Position numbers and translations under genes: made by a program | In this document: positions 8,512-17,859 of the stretch, piece by piece | Numbering within the stretch: the first letter of the stretch is position 1 | Layout of the letters: each line of letters starts with the position of its first letter | The notes under the pieces: generated by a model | The model's database searches: none | The model's input: the letters and a program-made list of their open reading frames with translations, nothing else | What the model was told of the DNA's origin: nothing | Source: Gaiellaceae bacterium | GTDB taxonomy: Bacteria; Actinomycetota; Thermoleophilia; Gaiellales; Gaiellaceae | Assembly: GCA_035251305.1 (NCBI GenBank) | Contig: DATFEK010000076.1 | Span: 1-25,889 of the forward strand | Length of the DNA: 25,889 bases | Reading direction: 5' to 3'

Positions 8512-9333
8512 ATGGTGGACGAGCGGAAGATCGCGATCCTCGGCGCCGGCCGGATCGGCGAGTCGCTGATCGCAGGACTGCTCTCGTCGGGTTGGCGCGA
8601 GCCCGCCGAGATCGCGGCAACCGGGCGTCGCGCCGAGCGTGTCGCGGAGCTCCGCGAGCGGCACGGTGTCGATGCGACGCTCTCGAACCACGACGCAGCG
8701 GCGGGCGCTGCGCTCGTCGTGATCTCCGTGAAGCCGCAGGACATCGACGTGCTCCTCGGAGAGATCGGCGGGCTCATCCTGCCCGAGCAGACGGTCCTCA
8801 GCGTGGCGGCTGCGATTCCCACCGCGAAGATCGAAGGCCGACTCTCACCAGGAGTACCGGTCGTTCGGGCGATGCCGAACACGCCCTCGACCGTGCACGA
8901 AGGGATCGCTGGGCTCTGTGCGGGCGCGCATGCGGGAGACGAGCACCTCGCGCTCGCCGAGGAGGCGCTCTCCCACCTCGGTGGGGTCGTGCGCGTGTCA
9001 GAGGCCTCCATGGACGCGATCACGGCGGTCTCCGGCTCCGGTCCCGCCTACTTCGCGCTCCTGGCGGAGGCCATGATCGAGGCGGGGATCCTACTCGGCC
9101 TCTCGAGAGAGATCTCGACGCAGCTCGTCGTACAGACGATGCTCGGCACCGCGAAGCAGCTCCGCGACGAGAAGATGCATCCGGTCGAGCTTCGCGAGAT
9201 GGTGACGTCCCCGGGCGGAACGACGATCGCGGCGATCAGAGAGCTCGAGATGGCGGGTGTGCGAGCCGCGTTCTTGAACGCCATCCAGGCCGCGATGGTG
9301 CGCGCCCGCGAGCTCGCCGCCGGGGAGCCGTAG
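8512..9333 (+). CDS. proC: Pyrroline-5-carboxylate reductase
   Basis: GAGRIG Rossmann motif, SVKPQ, RAMPNTP, SGSGPAY and VTSPGGTT. Start at ATG 8512, with -10 TACACT 7 nt upstream. Confidence 0.95.
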   Translation: MVDERKIAILGAGRIGESLIAGLLSSGWREPAEIAATGRRAERVAELRERHGVDATLSNHDAAAGAALVVISVKPQDIDVLLGEIGGLILPEQTVLSVAAAIPTAKIEGRLSPGVPVVRAMPNTPSTVHEGIAGLCAGAHAGDEHLALAEEALSHLGGVVRVSEASMDAITAVSGSGPAYFALLAEAMIEAGILLGLSREISTQLVVQTMLGTAKQLRDEKMHPVELREMVTSPGGTTIAAIRELEMAGVRAAFLNAIQAAMVRARELAAGEP

Positions 9334-9339
9334 GTGGTC

Positions 9340-9370
9340 GGTGGGGGGCCCTTCGCACGGGCCCCCCACC
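9340..9370. terminator. Probable bidirectional terminator between convergent proC and metallopeptidase genes
   Basis: GGTGGGGGGCCC-ttcgcac-GGGCCCCCCACC, a 12-bp perfect stem in the 48-bp convergent gap. No strong T-tract. Confidence 0.6.
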
Positions 9371-9381
9371 CCCTGAGCTCG

Positions 9382-10281
9382 CTAGGTGTTCGGCCAGGGC
9401 GCCCAGACCCCGCACATACCGGCGTGGTCAGCCGAGTCGGGATCCTGGTTGATGCCCGCGTAGATCGGGTTCATCACCGCCGACGGGGGCGGTCCGAAGT
9501 GGCCGATCCCGAGCGAGTGCCCGTTCTCGTGGAGGGCGACCGTCTCGACGTCGATCCCCGGAAGAGCGACATCGATGCCCCACGGGTTCCCGGCGCGATC
9601 GTCGCCGGGATCGCCGAACGTATTGTTGTAGTAGACCTCGTTCAGCGCAGTGTCGAGGCGGTTGTCGCCGTCCACGTCAGTCGGGTTGCCGTCGCCGTCG
9701 ATGAAGATGAACGTCACCGAGAAGGCGAGGATGCCACGGCCGCCGCCCGGCCCGCCTACGGCCTCGAAGAAGGCCCGCGGGAGCCAGCCGGCCTCCGTGA
9801 TGTCGGCGAGAAACGGATTCCCGAACCCGCCGAAGCCGAAGAACGAGTCGAAGATGTCCGGGTCGGCGCCCGAGTCGGCTCGCTTGAGGATGTCGACGTC
9901 GGCCAGGCACGTCTCCTCCTGCCACGTGTCGAACGAGCGATCGATCGCCGGCTCGGTCTGCGCGTTCGTCAGGCCGCTCGCCGTCGCCCCGTCGCTTTGA
10001 TCGACGAGGTAGGTGATGTTCGTCCCGTCCGCGAGCCGCCGCGCGTCGTTCGGCACCCACCGGAACGGCTGCGCAAAGATGCGGTTGGACGGGCGGCCCC
10101 GTCCGATCGTGAGGTACTCGATCGCCTCGGCCCTGACGTTGAGGCCGAGCGCGGCGAGCTGCTCGTTGATCTGGGGCAAGACGCCCGGGTTGGCCGCTTT
10201 GCTCGGACCACCCGCGCCGGAGCTGGCAAAGGCGCCGGCGACGACGAGGACGGTCGCAAGCGCGATGAAGATGCGTCGCAC
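9382..10281 (-). CDS. Secreted metzincin (matrixin/M10-like) zinc metallopeptidase
   Basis: Signal peptide from GTG 10281 (MRRIFIALATVLVVAGAFASS) with an AAGGGAGG RBS. HENGHSLGIGH matches HExxHxxGxxH and is followed by a Met-turn (AVMNP). Confidence 0.8.
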   Translation of the reverse strand: MRRIFIALATVLVVAGAFASSGAGGPSKAANPGVLPQINEQLAALGLNVRAEAIEYLTIGRGRPSNRIFAQPFRWVPNDARRLADGTNITYLVDQSDGATASGLTNAQTEPAIDRSFDTWQEETCLADVDILKRADSGADPDIFDSFFGFGGFGNPFLADITEAGWLPRAFFEAVGGPGGGRGILAFSVTFIFIDGDGNPTDVDGDNRLDTALNEVYYNNTFGDPGDDRAGNPWGIDVALPGIDVETVALHENGHSLGIGHFGPPPSAVMNPIYAGINQDPDSADHAGMCGVWAPWPNT

Positions 10282-10411
10282 GAGATCCCTCCCTTGGTCG
10301 ACTGGACAGCCGAGTATGTGCCACAGATCCGTCGTGCGCAAACCACCCTCTGGGGTACCTCGTTTTAGCCCCTTTCTCGCGGTCCCACCTGTTCGACGGT
10401 CTGCGTGGGAC

Positions 10412-11074
10412 CTACACGCCACTTGCAGGCAGGAGCGGCGATGCGAGTGGCACCGCCAGTCCACGAGCCTTCGCTAGCTCTTGCAGCGCCAGGACGGTGT
10501 CCGCCACCGGCGTGTCCTCGAGGAACTCCGTGCGAGCCTCGAAGTCTGCGCTGAGCGCACGAATCGCGTGCTCGAACGCATCTGCGTCACGAGCCGCGAG
10601 CGCCGCGAGCGCTCCTGGAACCGCCGGCGGGATGACGTCGACGTCGTCGAGTGTCGAGGCGAGCTCCGTCGCAGCCGCGTCGTCCTCGACGACGAGGCAA
10701 GCGAGTGCCGCGGCATAGCGGCCGATCGGACTCTCCGACTCCGCAGCACCTGCCTCGAGCGCCCAGCGTGCGTCCTCCTGGGCGCCGATCCGGTCCCCCG
10801 CGATGAGTCTCGACTTCATCGCACCGATCGGACGTCCCCAGCTCCCCGGAGGAGCATCCGGCCAGCTCCGGCGGTAGGTCTCGGCCGCCCGCACGAGCCA
10901 GCCGCGCGCCTCGTCGCTCCTGCCTAGCATGAGGAGCGAGAGACCGACGGCCCAGGCCGCGTTGCCCATCCGCGTGAGCTGGCGCTGCCGCTCGTCCGGA
11001 TCGTCGGGTAGCCGCGCCGCGCCGTCCTCGAAGCGCTCCTGCGCCCGCGCTGCCCGTTCCTCCCAGTCGACCAT
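10412..11074 (-). CDS. Hypothetical all-alpha protein with an Imm49-like C-terminus
   Basis: Clean 220-aa ORF with -10 TACTTT 7 nt upstream of the ATG. The C-terminus LALQELAKARGLAVPLASPLLP resembles the Imm49 family tail as I recall it; not searched. Confidence 0.6.
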   Translation of the reverse strand: MVDWEERAARAQERFEDGAARLPDDPDERQRQLTRMGNAAWAVGLSLLMLGRSDEARGWLVRAAETYRRSWPDAPPGSWGRPIGAMKSRLIAGDRIGAQEDARWALEAGAAESESPIGRYAAALACLVVEDDAAATELASTLDDVDVIPPAVPGALAALAARDADAFEHAIRALSADFEARTEFLEDTPVADTVLALQELAKARGLAVPLASPLLPASGV

Positions 11075-11097
11075 GGCTTCGAAAGTATCGTCTCGCC

Positions 11098-12336
11098 GTG
11101 GCCGAGCTCCGCGAGGTGGTCTACGTCGACGGCGTACGCACGGCGTTCGGCCGAGCCACGCCAGACGGCTACTTCGCGAAAACGCGCGCCGACGACATGG
11201 CCGTCAAGGCCGTTCGCGAGGTACTCCGCCGCAACCCGCAGCTCCCGCCGGAGCGGATCGACGACGTCGTCTTCGCCGCGACGGCGCAGGTCGGCGACCA
11301 GGGGCTCACACTGGGGCGTGACGTCGCACTCCTGGCCGGGCTCCCGACGACGGTGCCCGGCTTCGCCGTGGATCGCATGTGCGCAGGCGCGCTGACCGCG
11401 ACGACCGCGGGGGCAGGAGAGATCGCAATGGGCGCTGCAGACGTCGTCCTCGTCGGCGGTGTCGAGCACATGGGCCACCACCCGATGGGCGAGGACGTCG
11501 ACTTCAACCCACGCTTCGTCGCAGAGCGGATCGTCGACGAGTCGGCGGCTGTGATGGGACAGACGGCCGAGAACCTCCACGATGCGTTTCCTCATCTGAC
11601 GAAGGAGGCGGCCGACGCCTTCGCGGTCGAGTCACAGCGCCGGGCGGGCAAGGCCTGGGACGACGGCGTGATGGACGAGATCGTCGTCCCCATGTCCGTC
11701 TTCACGGACGAGGGCTGGAGGGTCGCGGCGCGCGACGAGTTCCTCCGGCCCGAGACGACGATGGAGGCGCTCTTCGGCCTGCGGACTCCGTTCCGTGCGG
11801 GAGGACGCGTCACCGCCGGAAACTCCGCAGGGCTGACGGACGGCGCCACTGCGGCTCTCATTGCTTCTGCAAGCGCCGCACGCGAGCTCGGGCTCGAGCC
11901 GAAGATGCGGCTCGTCGCATTCGCCTACGCAGGCGTCGAGCCGGAGCTGATGGGCCTCGGGCCGGTGCCGGCGACCCAGCGCGTGCTCGAGCGCGCAGGC
12001 GTACGGATCGACGACATCGACCTCTTCGAGCTGAACGAGCCTTTCGCGGTGCAGGTGCTGACGTGGTGCGACGGTGTCGGCGTCGCCCCCGACGATTCGC
12101 GCCTGAACCCCTACGGTGGGGCGATCGCCTGCGGCCACCCGCTCGCAGCGACAGGCGTACGGCTCATGGCCCAGCTCGCGCGTGGCTTTCGCGACCGGCC
12201 GGGCTCGCGTTACGGCCTCACCGCACTCTGCATCGGCCTCGGTATGGGCGCCGCCGTCCTCTGGGAGAACCTTGCCGGCGTAGGCTCGACGGAGCCGGCC
12301 AAGAGAGCGGAGGCGGCGTCTTCGCCGGCGCCGTAG
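11098..12336 (+). CDS. fadA: Acetyl-CoA C-acyltransferase (degradative thiolase)
   Basis: DRMCAGA (active Cys), NSAGLTDGA, ELNEPFA, GAIACGHPLAATG and ALCIGLGMG motifs. Confidence 0.92.
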   Translation: MAELREVVYVDGVRTAFGRATPDGYFAKTRADDMAVKAVREVLRRNPQLPPERIDDVVFAATAQVGDQGLTLGRDVALLAGLPTTVPGFAVDRMCAGALTATTAGAGEIAMGAADVVLVGGVEHMGHHPMGEDVDFNPRFVAERIVDESAAVMGQTAENLHDAFPHLTKEAADAFAVESQRRAGKAWDDGVMDEIVVPMSVFTDEGWRVAARDEFLRPETTMEALFGLRTPFRAGGRVTAGNSAGLTDGATAALIASASAARELGLEPKMRLVAFAYAGVEPELMGLGPVPATQRVLERAGVRIDDIDLFELNEPFAVQVLTWCDGVGVAPDDSRLNPYGGAIACGHPLAATGVRLMAQLARGFRDRPGSRYGLTALCIGLGMGAAVLWENLAGVGSTEPAKRAEAASSPAP

Positions 12337-12347
12337 CGGGAGGACCG

Positions 12348-14339
12348 GTGGCTAGCCCAGCGACGCAATTCAAGCTCCAGCGGCTGGACACGCACGTCGG
12401 CCCCGTCGCTCTCGTGACGATGGACAACGGCGGGGACTGGCGCAGACCGAACACGTTCGGTGAGGAGGCGCTCCGCTCGCTCGAGGCGGTCCTCGGCCGG
12501 CTCGCCACCCGCGACTGGCGGGGCATGTTGCTCACGGGCAAACCGTTCGTCTTCGCGGTCGGTGCCGACATCGACGAGTTCGGCGGGATCACGCCCGAGC
12601 GAGCCCGTCTCGGAGGTGAAGCCGGGCACGAGCTCTTCGGCCGCATCCGCGATCTGCCGTTCGTCACGCTCGCCGCGATCAACGGTGCGGCTCTCGGTGG
12701 GGGCGTCGAGATCGCACTTCACTGCGACTACCGGACGATCGCGTCGTCCGTCCGTCACTTCTCCTGCCCCGAGGTGTTCCTCGGGCTCATCCCCGGTTGG
12801 GGCGGAACGCAGCTCGTTCCGCAGCTCGTCGGAGCGGAGCAGGCCGTGAAGTTCATCGTCGAGAACCCGCTTCGGCAGAACCGGATGCTCCTCGCTCCGC
12901 AAGCGCTCGAGGCCGGCTTCGCGGACGCCCTGCTCGAGCCGGTCGAGTTCCTCGACGAGTCACTCGCCATGCTCATCCAGAAGGTCGAAGAGGGAGCCGG
13001 AAAACGCCGACCGGCGGCCGATCTCTCGGACGCTGCCGAGGTCTGCCGAAAGGCACGAGCGCGGCTCGACGGCCAGCTCCACCGCGCAGCCCCGGCGCCG
13101 TATCGCGCGCTCGACCTGATCGAGGGCGCCGCGACCTGGCCCCTCGAGGAGGGCTGCCGCGCCGAGGAGGATGCGCTGGCCGAGCTCCTTCCCGGCCCGC
13201 AGGCCCAGGCCTCCGTCTACGCCTTCCACCTCGTGGAGCGGCGGGCCAAGCGCGGTGGAGGCGATCCGGATGTCGAGCCACGCCGCGTTCAGAAGGTCGG
13301 CATGGTCGGAGCCGGACTGATGGCGCGACAGCTCGCGCTGCTCGTGCTCCGCCGCCTCGAAGTGCCCGTCGTTCTGCGCGACCTCACGCAGGAGCAGGTG
13401 GACGACGCGAGGTCGTGGATCGCGGACGAGCTGGCCGCCCTCCACCGCAAGGGCCGGCTCGGTGAGGGCAAGGCGGCCTTCCTGGCCTCGCTCGTCACCG
13501 GCGGCACCGGGTGGGACGTCTTCTCCGGGTGCGATCTCGTGCTCGAGGCCGTCTTCGAGGAGATTGCCGCCAAAAAAGAGGTCTTCGCCGAGCTCGAACG
13601 CATCGTTTCACCCGAATGCGTCCTCGCCACGAACACGTCGTCGCTCTCGGTGACGGAGATGGGCGCCGATCTCGAGCATCCCGAGCGGGTCGTCGGCATG
13701 CACTTCTTCAACCCGGTCGACGTGCTTCCGCTCGTCGAGCTCGTGCGAACGCCGCAGACGGACGACGCGTCACTCGCGACGGCCTGGAAGGTCACGAGAG
13801 GACTCCGCAAGACGGGAGTCCTCGTCCGCGACGCGCCGGCGTTCGTCGTCAACAGAATCCTCGCCCGCCAGGGCGCGGTCGTGACGGATGCTCTCGACCA
13901 TGGGAACTCGGTCGACGAGACCGACGAAGCGGTCTTGAGGCTCGGCATGCCGATGGCTCCGTCGGTGCTCCTCCAGCTCGTCGGGCCCAAGGTCGCGAAT
14001 CACGTTCGCCACACGCTCCACGACGCCTGGCCCGACCGCTTCCCGCTCTCGGCGACTCTCGAGAGCCTCGCCACAGGTGGCGATCCGGTCGTCGTGGAGC
14101 ACGCCCCGCGATCCGTCGACGAGATCCACGAGGCCGTGCTCGAGGCGATGGCCGATGAGATCAGGCACATCCTCGAGGAAGGCGTCGTTGCCGAGGCGGC
14201 GGACGTCGACACGTGTCTCCTCCTCGGGGCCGGCTTTCCCTTCTGGCTCGGGGGGATCACGAAGCACCTCGATCAGACGGGCGTGTCGCAGCGCGTCGTC
14301 GGTCGTCCGCTCGCGGACCTCGCCGCGACACCTGCGTAG
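12348..14339 (+). CDS. fadB: Multifunctional enoyl-CoA hydratase / 3-hydroxyacyl-CoA dehydrogenase
   Basis: True start is probably GTG 12348 after a GGGAGG RBS. Crotonase motifs AVGADI, LGGGVEIAL and PEVFLGLIPGWGG. HAD motifs GAGLMA, EAVFE, TNTSS and GMHFFNP. Confidence 0.9.
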   Translation: MASPATQFKLQRLDTHVGPVALVTMDNGGDWRRPNTFGEEALRSLEAVLGRLATRDWRGMLLTGKPFVFAVGADIDEFGGITPERARLGGEAGHELFGRIRDLPFVTLAAINGAALGGGVEIALHCDYRTIASSVRHFSCPEVFLGLIPGWGGTQLVPQLVGAEQAVKFIVENPLRQNRMLLAPQALEAGFADALLEPVEFLDESLAMLIQKVEEGAGKRRPAADLSDAAEVCRKARARLDGQLHRAAPAPYRALDLIEGAATWPLEEGCRAEEDALAELLPGPQAQASVYAFHLVERRAKRGGGDPDVEPRRVQKVGMVGAGLMARQLALLVLRRLEVPVVLRDLTQEQVDDARSWIADELAALHRKGRLGEGKAAFLASLVTGGTGWDVFSGCDLVLEAVFEEIAAKKEVFAELERIVSPECVLATNTSSLSVTEMGADLEHPERVVGMHFFNPVDVLPLVELVRTPQTDDASLATAWKVTRGLRKTGVLVRDAPAFVVNRILARQGAVVTDALDHGNSVDETDEAVLRLGMPMAPSVLLQLVGPKVANHVRHTLHDAWPDRFPLSATLESLATGGDPVVVEHAPRSVDEIHEAVLEAMADEIRHILEEGVVAEAADVDTCLLLGAGFPFWLGGITKHLDQTGVSQRVVGRPLADLAATPA

Positions 14340-14444
14340 ACACTTCCGTCCGGCTCTGAGGTATGCTCTGGCGGTACCGCTCGCCGGCTAACGGGCGAGC
14401 GTCAACTCTTCGGAAGGAGCGGCACGGCAGTACGTGCTGCGTGA

Positions 14445-16937
14445 ATGCACGAGGCAACGACCATCCCGGCGCCGACGTCGGACATCCCCGAGAACCTGAC
14501 CGCCGCCGCTCACCGCGCGGAGAGCTGGGTCGGCGAGCCGTTCCTCCTACCCGACGAGGATGCGGTCGCCGCACTTGCGCCCGGCACCGCGCGCAGGGCG
14601 GCGCTCGACGACGCGCTCGCGGAGATCGACCGTGGCCTGGAGCGCCCGTCCCGGCGCTGGAAAGTGAAGTACGGGTTGATGCTCGGTCTCGAGCGGGTTC
14701 TGACCGAGAGCCCTCCGCGCACGGCGACGGGCACCGAGCTTCGCCGTCATCAGGTCGACGCGCTCGCGGGAATGCTCGCCGAGCTGATCGCGGCGACGCA
14801 GCGCTCGGCCGAAGAGAACGGGAACGGAAACGGCGGTGCCGCGGCGGAGCCCGAGATCGACGAGGAGGCAGACGACGACTTCGACGCCGGCTTCGTCGAG
14901 GAGGGAGACCCCGAAGCCGGCTTCCACGGCGCCGATCCTGGCGCAATGCGTCGCTACCGCTTCCGCCATCCGACGGCCTCCGGGAAGACGATCGCCGCCG
15001 CCGGCTTCGTCGAAGCGGCCCGCGGTCTCGGCGTCCTGATCCTCACGCACCGCCGACTGCTCGTTTCCCAGTTCAAGCGCGACCTCACGACTGAGGGGTA
15101 CGCCGACCGTTTCGCGGACGCAGTGGTCAAGGGCACGCACGCTCCACGCGAGAACCCGATCACGATCCAGACGTACGCCTGGTTTGCGCGCCAGGGCAGC
15201 GAGCTGGATCGGGACACGTACGACCTCGTCCTCTGTGACGAGGCGCATACGGCACTCGGGGAGAAGACCAGCGGCGCCATCCGCGCATTCCACGAGCCGC
15301 TGTACATCGGGATGACCGCGACCGAGCAGCTCATCGCGAAGCAGGTCTCCGATGTCTTCCCGGCTTCGGTCGACGACCTTCCGCTGGCCGACGCGGCGCG
15401 ACGCGGGCTGATCGCACCGCTGCGCAACCTCAGGGTGCCTCCCGCGGCCGCGATCAACTCGGTGCCGATCGTCGGCGGCGACTTCGAGGAGCGAGCCCTC
15501 GCCGCCGCTCTCGACCACGAGGCGCTCAACCAGGCGGCCGCAAGCCTCTACCGCGAGCGCTTCGGAGCGACTCCTGGCATCGTCTACGCGGCCGGCGTGG
15601 CGCACGCATACAACCTCGCGCAGGAGTTCCGCGCGGCCGGCCTCAAGGCCGAGGCCGTCTCCGGGAAGACCCCTCCCGCACGACTCGCAGAGACGCTCGC
15701 AGCGTACGAACGCGGCGAGATCAACGTACTCATCAATGCACAGCTGCTCGCCGAAGGGTGGAACTCACCGCGAGCAACCGTCTGCATGCACCTCGCCCCG
15801 ACAGCCTCACGTCGCGTCTACCAGCAGCGGATCGGCCGAATCATGCGCATGCACCCGCGCAAGGAAGCGGGCATCGTCGTCGACTTCGTCGCCAAGGGCT
15901 CGACCCACAACGACCGCGTCGTCTCGCTGCACGCTCTGCTCAATGCGGACTTCTATCGCGAGGGCGCCCGCGTAACTCCTGCTCCGCGCCGCCGGCAGCA
16001 GCGTCGCGCGCGTCGCAAGCTCTCGCCGGTGCCGTGGCTCGTCCCCGTCACTCCCGACGTCGGTCGCCGACTCGCCGTCATCCAGCGCGAGTGGCAGCGG
16101 ATCGACCCGAAATACCTCGACGATGACGAGCAGCGGTTCTGGGCGACCATCGCAGGGCGGCAGATCCGATTCGACCAGCGGGCAGAGTTCGCACGCAAAT
16201 TCGCCGAGGGACGGGCCGGCAAGGGCGCACTCGAACAGTTCCTCGCCACCTGCGCGGCCGAGAACCCGAACCGCCGTCTGCGGATGACCGCGCTGCTCGA
16301 CCGCGTGGCGACTCCTGTGGACCGGGCCGACTTCGACGACCTCGTGACGCTCGTGACCCAGGCGCCGACCTGGGAGAAGGACCGCTCCGCGGGGGTTCGC
16401 GTGCTCCTGCGGGCAATCGGCGAGGGGAAGCCCGTCGCGCCCGATCAGATCCTGGCGCGTTGGACGTGGCGTCTCGCCCGCTCGACTCGCAAGGTTCAGG
16501 ACCGACGCGTCTCGACCGAGTTCCCCGAGGCGAAGCGACTGCTCGGAGCGGCTGCGAACTCACGGGGTTACCGACACGAGGAGAACGTCAATCGACTCGT
16601 CCAGGTGGCGGAGGCGATGCCTCTTCCCGTCGGCGCCGCGCTCCTGGCGTCTGCCGATGGTTATACGCCGCGCGCAAATGCTGCGCTCGACCGCGCCCGC
16701 GAGGAGCTCGGCACGATCGGTGAGATCGCCAACGCGCTCGCCGACAACCTCCCCGCACCCAAGCTCACCGCGCGCAAGTCGCGCCGGCGGCGGCGCAAGC
16801 GGAGGGGCCCGGCGCAGGCTGAAGCCCAGGCCGTAGAGGCTCCGAGCGAAGACGGCGCGGGCGCAGAGCCGATCCCGCTCGTCGCGGAGCCCGCGGGCGC
16901 GCCTCTAGCCGACGAGACCTCGGAGGACGCAGCGTAG
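14445..16937 (+). CDS. SF2 DEAH-box helicase (ResIII/YejH-like core) with a long unassigned C-terminal region
   Basis: Q-motif-like LRRHQVDAL, Walker A HPTASGKT, DEAH, motif III MTAT, LAEGWNSP and motif VI QQRIGRIMR. An in-frame TGA immediately before ATG 14445 fixes the earliest start. Confidence 0.85.
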   Translation: MHEATTIPAPTSDIPENLTAAAHRAESWVGEPFLLPDEDAVAALAPGTARRAALDDALAEIDRGLERPSRRWKVKYGLMLGLERVLTESPPRTATGTELRRHQVDALAGMLAELIAATQRSAEENGNGNGGAAAEPEIDEEADDDFDAGFVEEGDPEAGFHGADPGAMRRYRFRHPTASGKTIAAAGFVEAARGLGVLILTHRRLLVSQFKRDLTTEGYADRFADAVVKGTHAPRENPITIQTYAWFARQGSELDRDTYDLVLCDEAHTALGEKTSGAIRAFHEPLYIGMTATEQLIAKQVSDVFPASVDDLPLADAARRGLIAPLRNLRVPPAAAINSVPIVGGDFEERALAAALDHEALNQAAASLYRERFGATPGIVYAAGVAHAYNLAQEFRAAGLKAEAVSGKTPPARLAETLAAYERGEINVLINAQLLAEGWNSPRATVCMHLAPTASRRVYQQRIGRIMRMHPRKEAGIVVDFVAKGSTHNDRVVSLHALLNADFYREGARVTPAPRRRQQRRARRKLSPVPWLVPVTPDVGRRLAVIQREWQRIDPKYLDDDEQRFWATIAGRQIRFDQRAEFARKFAEGRAGKGALEQFLATCAAENPNRRLRMTALLDRVATPVDRADFDDLVTLVTQAPTWEKDRSAGVRVLLRAIGEGKPVAPDQILARWTWRLARSTRKVQDRRVSTEFPEAKRLLGAAANSRGYRHEENVNRLVQVAEAMPLPVGAALLASADGYTPRANAALDRAREELGTIGEIANALADNLPAPKLTARKSRRRRRKRRGPAQAEAQAVEAPSEDGAGAEPIPLVAEPAGAPLADETSEDAA

Positions 16938-16950
16938 GGCGCGGGCGATA

Positions 16951-17850
16951 CTAGCCTTCCCCGCCCTTCGGCTCGCCGTCTCCGTTCGCCTCGCGGTCCC
17001 GCAGGAAGCGGGTGATCTCGGCTGCAAGCGCGTCGCCCGAAGGAAGCCCGCCCGACCCCTCGATCCAGTCGAGCGAATCGGAGCGGCGCTCGAGCTCCTC
17101 GACGTAGGCCGCGGTGTCGGCATCCGTGGCCACGGCCTGCGATACCTGCTCGACGTACTCGTCCTCCGCCTCGGCGAGCTCCCCGATGTCGATGTCGGCA
17201 GAGAGGACCCCTGCGAGTCGCTCGCACAGAGCCCGCGCTGCCCGAGGGCTCGGCGCGAGCTGGACGTAATGTGGGACTGCTGCCCACAGGCTCACCGACG
17301 GGATACCCCCTCGCCGGCACGCATCGAGCAGCACGCCGACGATCCCGGTCGGGCCCTCGTACCGCGAGAGCTGTAGGCCGAGCTCGTCCACGAGCTGCGG
17401 GTCGGTCGCGGCGCCGGTGACGGGTGATGGTCGCGTATGCGGCACGTCTGCAAGTAGCGCGCCCAGCGTCACGACGAGCTCGACACCCAGGTCGCGCGCG
17501 AGATCGGCGATCAGCTCGCTGAAGGTACGCCAGCGGTAGTTCGGCTCTACGCCCACGAGTAGGATCGCATCGCGGTTCGCCTCGGGGATGGGGGCGTGGA
17601 AGAAGGTGTTCTCAGGCCACTCGATCTTGCGTGTCTGCCCCTCCTCGAGCGAGACCAAGGGCCGCGTTGCCTGGAAATCGACGAAGAGCTCGGGATCGAT
17701 CTCGGCGAACTTGCGAGCCCCCCATAGGCGCGCGAGGTAGCCCGCGGCAAGTGTCGCCGCCTGACCGCCGTCGTTCCAGCCCCGGAAGGCGCCCACGAGT
17801 ACCGGCCGCACGAGCGTCGGTCGCTCGAATATCCGGAGCTCGTCAGCCAT
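16951..17850 (-). CDS. PAC2 family (proteasome assembly chaperone-like) protein
   Basis: AFRGWNDGG, IDPELFVDFQATRP, EPNYRW, LLADVPHTRP, YEGPTGI and WAAVPHY motifs typical of actinobacterial PAC2. Confidence 0.88.
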   Translation of the reverse strand: MADELRIFERPTLVRPVLVGAFRGWNDGGQAATLAAGYLARLWGARKFAEIDPELFVDFQATRPLVSLEEGQTRKIEWPENTFFHAPIPEANRDAILLVGVEPNYRWRTFSELIADLARDLGVELVVTLGALLADVPHTRPSPVTGAATDPQLVDELGLQLSRYEGPTGIVGVLLDACRRGGIPSVSLWAAVPHYVQLAPSPRAARALCERLAGVLSADIDIGELAEAEDEYVEQVSQAVATDADTAAYVEELERRSDSLDWIEGSGGLPSGDALAAEITRFLRDREANGDGEPKGGEG

Positions 17851-17859
17851 CAGACAAGC

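Noticed and set aside
14445-16937. Type III restriction or anti-phage defence locus
   Set aside because: There is no Mod methyltransferase, PD-(D/E)xK nuclease motif or defence neighbours. The gene is flanked by housekeeping genes.
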